A stretch of DNA of 32,000 nt from Idiomarina loihiensis L2TR (GTDB taxonomy: Bacteria; Pseudomonadota; Gammaproteobacteria; Enterobacterales; Alteromonadaceae): positions 480,001 to 512,000 of the forward strand of contig NC_006512.1 of assembly GCF_000008465.1 (NCBI RefSeq), read 5' to 3'. Within the stretch, counting starts at the first letter, position 1; each line of letters starts with the position of its first letter. Positions 26,017-32,000 of this stretch are shown here, in pieces. Below the pieces are notes generated by a model, which made no database searches, was not told where the DNA came from, and saw nothing but the letters and a program-made list of their open reading frames with translations. A program made the translations under genes and the position numbers.

Positions 26017-26751
26017 ATGATAAACGTAGATGCACTGACAAAAACATTCAAAAATGTGCAAGCGCTGGACTCTCTTTCATTTCAGGCAAAAGATGGCGAA
26101 ATTACCGGGCTTCTTGGGCCTAACGGAGCCGGGAAAACGACTTGTCTGCGTATTATTTACGGGTTGTTGCAGGCAGATACCGGCAAAGCAGAGATTGAAG
26201 GTGTTGATGCCAACCAGAACCCGATTGATGCACGCCGTAACCTCGGTATATTCCCTGATAAATTCGGTTTATACGAACGCTTGACCGTACGCGAGCAAGT
26301 AGCTTATTTCGCCGGGCTGCACGGGCTAAAAGGCACGGAGCAAAAGCAGGCGGTTGAGAAGGTGATAGAGAAACTGGATATTAAAGAACTTGCAGACCGT
26401 CGTACTGCCGGGTTTTCACAAGGTCAGCGGATGAAAGTAGCGTTGGCTCAGGCTTTAGTACACAGCCCGAAACACTTGATTCTGGATGAACCCAGCCGCG
26501 GTCTGGACGTGATGAGTACCCGAATTTTAAGAGATGTGTTGCGCGAACAACGCGCTCAAGGCACCTGTATCTTGTTTTCCAGTCACGTTATGCAGGAAGT
26601 TGCCGCTCTATGTGACCGAGTGGTGGTGATGGCAAAAGGCAAAGTGGCAGCTGAAGGAACACCGCAGGAGCTGTGCGATATGACCGGCGAGCAACAGCTG
26701 GAAGACGCCTTCGTTAAAATTATCGGTACCGACGAGGGGATAGCAGCCTAA
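26017..26751 (+). CDS. ABC transporter ATP-binding protein (NatA-like, ABC-2 type)
   Basis: Walker A GPNGAGKTT, signature FSQGQRMKV, Walker B LILDEPSRGLD. Starts 3 nt after the hydrolase stop. Confidence 0.9.
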   Translation: MINVDALTKTFKNVQALDSLSFQAKDGEITGLLGPNGAGKTTCLRIIYGLLQADTGKAEIEGVDANQNPIDARRNLGIFPDKFGLYERLTVREQVAYFAGLHGLKGTEQKQAVEKVIEKLDIKELADRRTAGFSQGQRMKVALAQALVHSPKHLILDEPSRGLDVMSTRILRDVLREQRAQGTCILFSSHVMQEVAALCDRVVVMAKGKVAAEGTPQELCDMTGEQQLEDAFVKIIGTDEGIAA

Positions 26752-27896
26752 TGAGTGCATTAACTTCCGTATGGAAAAAAGAGTTCCGGGACGCTATTCG
26801 TGATAAACGTTCTGTTTTAGCGGCAATGTCCTATGCGTTTTTTGGCCCTTTATTAATGGCCGTAGCCTTCTTTTTCTTAATAACCCAACTGACCGACCCA
26901 GCAGACGTTGAAATTACCATTGAAGGCAAAGAAAATGCCCCTCAACTCGTTGAATTTTTGAACGAACGTGGTGTTGTTGCTAAAGAAGGGGAGTGGGCGA
27001 AAACCGAAACGCCAATAATATTGACCTTACCGCAAAACTGGCAGGAAAGTGTGAGTAAAGCCGAACCGGTGGAGGTAACATTACGCGCCGACTGGTCCGC
27101 ACAAAAACAGCAGACCGAAATTAAGCGTGTAGAGCAGGCCGTTCAGGCATACTCCAGTCAAATAGCGGCTTACCGTCTGACTTTACGGGGTGTGGATCCG
27201 CGTGTCGTGCAACCAATACAGTTACAAAAGCAAGACTTAGCAACCCGGGGCTCAAAAGCGGCCTTGATTATGGGCAGTGTGCTGGTATTTATTATCTTGT
27301 CTGTATTCTGGTCTGGTATGAATGTGGCTATTGATATCAGTGCTGGTGAGCGTGAACGTAACTCGCTGGAATTTTTGCTGAGTCAGCCGTTAAGCACCTG
27401 GGACATTGTTACCGGTAAAGCACTGACCGCAACGACCTTTTCATTGTTCGGGGCAATACTGTCACTGGTACTCATACCCATTATATTTGCCTACGTTCCA
27501 TTACACGAAATTGGTATGAACGTGAACTTTAGTGTGGGTATGATGCTACTAATGTTTGTTTTGCTGGTACCGCTAGCTTTGTTCGCGACCGCCCTGCAAT
27601 TGTTTGTGTCCTTTCGCGCGAAAAACTTCAAAGAAGCACAAACCTACATCAGCTTCTTATTGATCATTCCCATGGCAGCGTCATTCGGTGTCGAATTTGC
27701 ACGGCTTAAAAATCCAATTCTCTACTATCTCCCGCTAACCGGTCAGCATCAGGCTTTTCTGTCACTGATACGCGGTGAGAACGTGAATGTCATGGGAACG
27801 GTCATCAGCGCAATTGCCACCCTGGCAGCCGCTCTGCTGCTCATGAAATACATAGCCCGAATGCTCAAAAGCGAAAAAATCGTCTTCGGCCTGTAG
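26751..27896 (+). CDS. ABC-2 type transporter permease (NatB-like)
   Basis: 381 aa. N-terminal TM, a large extracytoplasmic loop, then 5 C-terminal TMs. Start overlaps the ATPase stop (TAATG). Confidence 0.8.
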   Translation: MSALTSVWKKEFRDAIRDKRSVLAAMSYAFFGPLLMAVAFFFLITQLTDPADVEITIEGKENAPQLVEFLNERGVVAKEGEWAKTETPIILTLPQNWQESVSKAEPVEVTLRADWSAQKQQTEIKRVEQAVQAYSSQIAAYRLTLRGVDPRVVQPIQLQKQDLATRGSKAALIMGSVLVFIILSVFWSGMNVAIDISAGERERNSLEFLLSQPLSTWDIVTGKALTATTFSLFGAILSLVLIPIIFAYVPLHEIGMNVNFSVGMMLLMFVLLVPLALFATALQLFVSFRAKNFKEAQTYISFLLIIPMAASFGVEFARLKNPILYYLPLTGQHQAFLSLIRGENVNVMGTVISAIATLAAALLLMKYIARMLKSEKIVFGL

Positions 27897-27903
27897 CGGG
27901 GCT

Positions 27904-28040
27904 GAATAGCGAGCGCTGAGGTTACAAGGGCCATTGTGGAGGACGCCCGTAAATACATCCCTGTAGGGCTTGGGCAGCGCCATCCATGGCGCTGCACACC
28001 TCCACAATAGCCCTGTGTAACCGTCGGCGCGCTCACTATC
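27904..28040 (-). repeat. Family-A structured repeat, copy A4
   Basis: Core identical to A1 except at 1 position. Arms GAATAGCGAGCGC...GGGCCATTGTGGAGG / CCTCCACAATAGCCC...GCGCGCTCACTATC. Starts 8 nt after the permease stop. Confidence 0.9.
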
Positions 28041-28089
28041 TTCCGCTTTAGTTAAGAAGCCACTTAAGCCGTGATGAGAGAGATTAGAA

Positions 28090-28250
28090 GGGCAGGCTGT
28101 TCACTTGTGAGCGTTACGAGTGTTGAAAGCCTCTGTGGCGGAGTGTCGAAGGCCATGGATGGCCTTCGTCAAGCTCTCATGGATGAGCTCGTCGCGTCTC
28201 CGTCATAGAGGCTTTCAATGCTCAAGCGAAGCAAGTGAGCAGCCTGCCCC
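28090..28250 (+). repeat. Family-C structured repeat, copy C3
   Basis: GGGCAGGCTGTTCACTT...AAGTGAGCAGCCTGCCCC. Inner arms GAAAGCCTCTGTGGCGGAG/CTCCGTCATAGAGGCTTTC. Ends 9 nt before the stop of the minus-strand oxidoreductase gene. Confidence 0.9.
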
Positions 28251-28259
28251 TGTCCCCCC

Positions 28260-29579
28260 TCAGTCGCGTAGGCGGCCGTAGTGGTAGTAGAGCCATTGGC
28301 CGAGGCGGCGGAAGCGTGGTAATGGAAAGGGCTTTAGTTTTGACTGGTAGTACGGTAGCTCGGGCAGGTTTTTTTCCATGGCGGCTTCTGCCAGTCTTTG
28401 ACCGGCCAGGGCGGTAAAGCCAACACCGGCGCCGCAGTAACCCATGCTGGCGTAGATATTATCTTTCACTTTGCCTACTCGCGGGTAATCGTCCAGTGAC
28501 ACACTGACCCAGCCACTCCAGAAATACTCCCACTTGTTCACTTCTCGCAGTTGCGGGAAAGTCTGGTGTAATGCCTGCAGTAAGCGTTTAGCATATATCG
28601 GCTTCTCTGCGCTTTTCCCTTGAATGGCACCACGACCACCAAACAATAAGCGGTTATCGGGCAGTAAGCGGAAGTAATACTTCAGGATGCGTGTATCCAT
28701 TATGGCGTATTGAGGTGAAAGCTTAATACTCTCAACCTGTTCGTTACTCAGAGGTGGGGTGGTAATAATGCTTGAGAGTACCGGTAGCGAGCGGCTGGCA
28801 AGCTCCGGCAACAGTTTCCCTGAGGTATAGCCATTAGAACAAACCAACAGCTTACGGGCGCGTACAGAGCCTTTGGCGGTTTGCAGATACACTCCTTTGC
28901 CGCCAAGTGACACGGCCTGAGTTACCGGGCAGTGTTCAACTAATTGCGCACCAGCGGCAGTTGCCCTTCGCGCGGTAGCTGCTGCTAACAAAATGGGGTT
29001 AAGGGTAAAACAATCAGTAAAGCGTAATGCGGCATGGGCCTGTGGGCTTGAAATAAGCCCCGAGAGTTGATTTTGGGTGAGCCATTCAACGGGTTGATTA
29101 AACTTTTTAAGCTGCTCATATTGTTGTTTCAATGGTGCCACGGCGCTGTTGCGGTGCGCTATTTTCAGGTAGCCACCGTTTTGGCGCTGGCACTGCGAAG
29201 GGCAATAACGCAAAGTTTCTTCAACCAGTTGCAGTGCCTTTTGATGTTCATCGGCAATGTCTTGCGCAATGTCAGCACCAAGGCGTTCAGCCCAGGCCGA
29301 CAAGCCCAGTCGGCCGGTACTTTTCATCACAAACCCGGCATTACGCGACGAACAACCCCAGGCCAGTTGGTTGGCTTCAAAAACTGCAACAGAATGCCCA
29401 TTTTCGGCCAGAACCCGAGCCGCATTTAACCCCGTATAACCCGCACCAATAACAGCAAATTCGACTTCCTCCGGCGCATCCACACACTCCGGAAACTCGG
29501 CCTGCGTATGCTGCTGCCAATAACTAGGCTCAGGAGCATCATGAGGCCCCGGAGGCGCATTAACCAAAGGATCATACAT
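28260..29579 (-). CDS. FAD-dependent oxidoreductase (PuuB/OrdL-like, DAO family)
   Basis: Start at MYDPLVNAPP, with an AGGTGG SD upstream. The 44 further N-terminal codons in the ORF track are a read-through of repeat A5. Dinucleotide-binding motif FAVIGAGYTGLNAARVLAENG. Overall layout resembles E. coli PuuB. Confidence 0.8.
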   Translation of the reverse strand: MYDPLVNAPPGPHDAPEPSYWQQHTQAEFPECVDAPEEVEFAVIGAGYTGLNAARVLAENGHSVAVFEANQLAWGCSSRNAGFVMKSTGRLGLSAWAERLGADIAQDIADEHQKALQLVEETLRYCPSQCQRQNGGYLKIAHRNSAVAPLKQQYEQLKKFNQPVEWLTQNQLSGLISSPQAHAALRFTDCFTLNPILLAAATARRATAAGAQLVEHCPVTQAVSLGGKGVYLQTAKGSVRARKLLVCSNGYTSGKLLPELASRSLPVLSSIITTPPLSNEQVESIKLSPQYAIMDTRILKYYFRLLPDNRLLFGGRGAIQGKSAEKPIYAKRLLQALHQTFPQLREVNKWEYFWSGWVSVSLDDYPRVGKVKDNIYASMGYCGAGVGFTALAGQRLAEAAMEKNLPELPYYQSKLKPFPLPRFRRLGQWLYYHYGRLRD

Positions 29580-29608
29580 AAACACCCACCTATAAAACGG
29601 AGAGGGAA

Positions 29609-29744
29609 GACAGCGAGCGCTGAGGTTACAAGGGCTATTGTGGAGGACGCCCGTGAATACATCCGTGTAGGGCTTGGGCAGCGCCATCCATGGCGCTGCA
29701 CACCTCCACAATAGCCCTATGTAACCGTTGGCGCGCTCACTATC
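29609..29744 (-). repeat. Family-A structured repeat, copy A5 (in the leader of the oxidoreductase gene)
   Basis: Core GACGCCCGTGAATACATCCGTGTAGGGCTTGGGCAGCGCCATCCATGGCGCTGCACAC. Arms GACAGCGAGCGC...GGGCTATTGTGGAGG / CCTCCACAATAGCCC...GCGCGCTCACTATC. Confidence 0.9.
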
Positions 29745-29749
29745 TCCCG

Positions 29750-29825
29750 CCTCATGGATGAGCTCGTCGCGTCTCCGCCACAGAGGCCTTCAATGCTCAA
29801 GCGAAACAAGTGAGCAGTCTGCCCC
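29750..29825 (+). repeat. Family-C half copy C4 (3' part of core + right arms only)
   Basis: CTCATGGATGAGCTCGTCGCGTCTCCGCCACAGAGGCCTTCAATGCTCAAGCGAAACAAGTGAGCAGTCTGCCCC aligns with the right half of C1-C3. Confidence 0.85.
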
Positions 29826-29856
29826 AAGCCCATGCAACCTCAGCGCTCGCTATTCG
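29822..29856 (+). repeat. Internally deleted partial family-A copy, opposite orientation to A1-A5, fused to C4
   Basis: CCCCAAGCCC-ATGCAACCTCAGCGCTCGCTATTC. This is the CAAGCCC core motif joined directly to the reverse complement of the A outer arm (GAATAGCGAGCGCTGAGGTTGCAT). Confidence 0.75.
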
Positions 29857-29861
29857 GAGCC

Positions 29862-30431
29862 TTACGTATCGAATTTCAGCAGCATTTCGCCGGCGTTGCA
29901 GTAGCAGGTGCCGTCGCATACTGGGCAATAGTAACCGTCTTCTACTGAGGCTTTGTACCAGCGCTTTTCATGTTGCTTAATCATTTCACCGCCGCAGCGG
30001 GTGAAATATTCATAGGCGCTGTTATTGGGGCTTTGCATCCAAATGTGCGCTAAACCACCACGGCAGCCCAGTTCTTTGGCGGTTTCAATACTACGGAACA
30101 ACAGTTCTTTGCCTATGCCCAGACCGCGTGCCTTTTCTGACACCGCCGCGCATTTAAAGTAGCACAGCTTCTCGGCTGGAATTGGCCAGGCGTCTGGGGT
30201 GCAAAAATCATCGATTGGCCATTGTCCGGGCGCCAGGGTAATGCGCACGCCCAACGGGGTCTCGCCGCGCAAAGCTATCCAGTTCAACTGCACGTTACCC
30301 GCGGTTCCGCCAGCCAGATACTGCTGGAAACTGTCTTCGTTCAGGTAGTTGTCGCCATGAACTTCGTTGGCCAGATCAATAACGGCCGCCATATCGGCAG
30401 CCGTTATTTCACGATAAATAATATCGCTCAT
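29862..30431 (-). CDS. GNAT-family N-acetyltransferase with a C-terminal Cys cluster
   Basis: 189 aa. Acetyl-CoA binding-type block (VSEKARGLGIGKELL). C-terminal YYCPVCDGTCYC. The start ATG overlaps the ahcY stop (TAATG). Confidence 0.75.
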   Translation of the reverse strand: MSDIIYREITAADMAAVIDLANEVHGDNYLNEDSFQQYLAGGTAGNVQLNWIALRGETPLGVRITLAPGQWPIDDFCTPDAWPIPAEKLCYFKCAAVSEKARGLGIGKELLFRSIETAKELGCRGGLAHIWMQSPNNSAYEYFTRCGGEMIKQHEKRWYKASVEDGYYCPVCDGTCYCNAGEMLLKFDT

Positions 30432-31810
30432 TAGTAGCGGTACTCGTCTGTCTTAAACGGACCTTCCACATCAACGTGAATGTAGTTAGCCTGATCCGCG
30501 GTTAGCTTAGTGATAACACCGCCGAAGCCCTGCACCATATAACGCGCGACTTCTTCGTCCAGTTGCTTAGGCAGAACTTCTACACGCAGATACTCTTCCT
30601 GCTGTTTAATTTCCATGTCGGCAAATTTCTGTTCGAACAAGTGAATTTGAGCAAGTACCTGGTTAGCAAATGAACCATCCATAATACGGCTGGGGTGACC
30701 GGTTGCGTTACCCAAGTTAACCAGACGGCCTTCGGCCAGCAGTATCAGGTAGTCGTTGTCGTCGTCTGAACGGTAAATTTTATGAACCTGCGGCTTAATT
30801 TCTTCCCAGCGCCAGTTTTTACGCATAAAGGCTGTATCAATCTCGTTATCGAAGTGGCCAATGTTGCAAACCAGAGCGGTAGGCTTAAGTGCCGCCAGCA
30901 TGTAGCGGTCACACACGTCCATATTACCGGTTGTGGTGACAATCAGGTCGGTATTGCTCAGTAAGTCTTTGTTGATGTTGTCGCCGGTACCGTTGTTTTT
31001 GCCTTCAAGGTAAGGAGAAACCACTTCAAAGCCGTCCATGCAGGCCTGCATGGCACAAATTGGGTCAATTTCGCTGATTTTAACAATCATGCCTTCCTGA
31101 CGCAGGCTAGCGGCAGAACCTTTACCCACATCACCGTAACCAACTACCAGAGCTTTCTTACCTGACAATAAGTGGTCAGTGGAACGCTTAATGGCATCGT
31201 TTAGTGAATGACGGCAGCCGTACTTGTTGTCATTTTTTGACTTAGTTACGGCATCGTTCACGTTAATGGCCGGTACTTTCAGAGTGCCTTTTTCCAGCAT
31301 ATCGAGCAAACGGTGAACACCGGTAGTGGTTTCTTCAGTAATGCCGTGAACTTTCTCCAGCATCTGCGGGAATTCGTCGTGGATCATCAGGGTTAAATCA
31401 CCGCCGTCGTCCAGAATCATGTTGGCATCCCACAATTCGCCGTCTTTGTGACAAGTCTGCTTTAAGCACCAGTCGTATTCTTCTTCGGTTTCACCTTTCC
31501 AGGCAAATACCGGCACACCGGCAGCAGCCATAGCGGCAGCAGCGTGGTCCTGAGTAGAGAAAATGTTGCACGACGACCAACGCACTTCGGCACCCAGTTC
31601 AAGCAAAGTTTCAATCAACACGGCGGTTTGAATGGTCATGTGAATACAGCCAATAATACGAGCACCTGCCAGTGGTTTGCTGTCAGCGTATTTACGGCGG
31701 ATAGTCATCAACGCCGGCATTTCAGATTCAGCAATCGCAATTTCCTTGCGGCCCCATTCGGCTAAGCTAATATCTGCTACTTTGTAGTCTTGTGAATTTT
31801 CTGCACTCAT
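30431..31810 (-). CDS. ahcY: S-adenosyl-L-homocysteine hydrolase (adenosylhomocysteinase)
   Basis: 459 aa. [17 protein letters not shown]-terminus, NAD-binding [17 protein letters not shown], and C-terminal ...[10 protein letters not shown]. Classic AhcY. Confidence 0.95.
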   Translation of the reverse strand: MSAENSQDYKVADISLAEWGRKEIAIAESEMPALMTIRRKYADSKPLAGARIIGCIHMTIQTAVLIETLLELGAEVRWSSCNIFSTQDHAAAAMAAAGVPVFAWKGETEEEYDWCLKQTCHKDGELWDANMILDDGGDLTLMIHDEFPQMLEKVHGITEETTTGVHRLLDMLEKGTLKVPAINVNDAVTKSKNDNKYGCRHSLNDAIKRSTDHLLSGKKALVVGYGDVGKGSAASLRQEGMIVKISEIDPICAMQACMDGFEVVSPYLEGKNNGTGDNINKDLLSNTDLIVTTTGNMDVCDRYMLAALKPTALVCNIGHFDNEIDTAFMRKNWRWEEIKPQVHKIYRSDDDNDYLILLAEGRLVNLGNATGHPSRIMDGSFANQVLAQIHLFEQKFADMEIKQQEEYLRVEVLPKQLDEEVARYMVQGFGGVITKLTADQANYIHVDVEGPFKTDEYRY

Positions 31811-31857
31811 AGTGACTCTCTTTTTCAGTGATTTCTGTCAGTGAATTTTAAGTAAAT

Positions 31858-32000
31858 TCAAGCAGTTTGGGCGCTCATAACGCGCTCAATTAATTGTTGC
31901 TGTCGGTCTTTATTCAGTCGGGGACCAAATTCAGTGACCAGCTCCGCCGCCGCATGGCTGGCTAAACGACCAGCGTCTTCCAGCGACATATTACGCGTTA
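31858..32000 (-). CDS. PfkB-family sugar/nucleoside kinase (possibly adenosine kinase), C-terminal 46 codons; 5' part outside window
   Basis: My own translation of the minus strand: TRNMSLEDAGRLASHAAAELVTEFGPRLNKDRQQQLIERVMSAQTA-stop. The A..A..V....G.R pattern is typical of PfkB C-termini. Lies 47 nt upstream of ahcY on the same strand. Confidence 0.5.
   Translation of the reverse strand, partial: TRNMSLEDAGRLASHAAAELVTEFGPRLNKDRQQQLIERVMSAQTA

Noticed and set aside
27762-28007. A recurring 'conserved peptide', (M)WRCAAPWMALPKPYRDVFTGVLHN..., appears in minus-strand ORFs at 5411-5686, 18441-18635, 27762-28007 and at the N-terminus of 28260-29711. A second frame gives ...AMDGAAQALQG... at 5514-5717, 13505-13738 and 18394-18594.
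   Set aside because: These are translations of the family-A repeat core.
- Conservation is at the nucleotide level.
- Several frames are open at once.
- The ORFs start at non-ATG codons and run into antisense coding sequence.
- The flanking 'residues' change according to the base-pairing rule, not a protein rule.
31811-31857. A possible SAH riboswitch upstream of ahcY, which is a common arrangement in some proteobacteria.
   Set aside because: - Only 47 nt separate the upstream kinase stop from the ahcY start, which is too short for the element.
- I see no matching pseudoknot-forming motif.
- ahcY is more likely co-transcribed with the kinase.

Overview
This looks like a chromosomal core region of a gammaproteobacterium. 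The gene order argR-mdh and ispB / rplU-rpmA-obgE-folA matches Enterobacterales, Vibrionales and Alteromonadales. I ran no database search, so all product names come from motifs I recognise in the supplied translations.

I call about 26 genes:
- M13 peptidase (3' part)
- a Cys-rich secreted protein followed by cusB-cusA
- a LysR regulator divergent from a second RND adaptor/pump pair
- acnB
- a DUF885-like lipoprotein
- a Dyp-type peroxidase
- argR, mdh, ispB, rplU, rpmA, obgE, folA
- a small secreted protein
- a secreted S33 hydrolase followed by natAB-like ABC genes
- a PuuB/OrdL-like FAD oxidoreductase
- a GNAT translationally coupled to ahcY
- the 3' end of a PfkB kinase

The unusual content is non-coding.

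1. An IS110-family element of the IS1111-like type (about 18664-20045) sits exactly inside a GTAG-type REP hairpin. Its long 3' non-coding end contains a stem/internal-loop/hairpin module. The two single-stranded sides of that module match the two halves of the interrupted REP target, including the GA present at both junctions. This is the signature expected of a bridge/seek guide RNA.

2. All four convergent spacers, plus one co-directional spacer, carry large structured repeats.
- Family A has 5 full and 2 partial copies.
- Family C has 3 full copies and 1 half copy.
- The two families share one roughly 60-nt core, in opposite orientation as written.
- Their arms differ between copies but stay self-complementary.
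- Every transition mismatch I could align is a G-T/G-U wobble on the same core-sense strand.
- Four rearrangement junctions cluster at one conserved motif, CAAGCCCT, beside a conserved hairpin.

Seven classical REP units (GTAG + 18-nt hairpin) are also present, mostly as inverted doublets.
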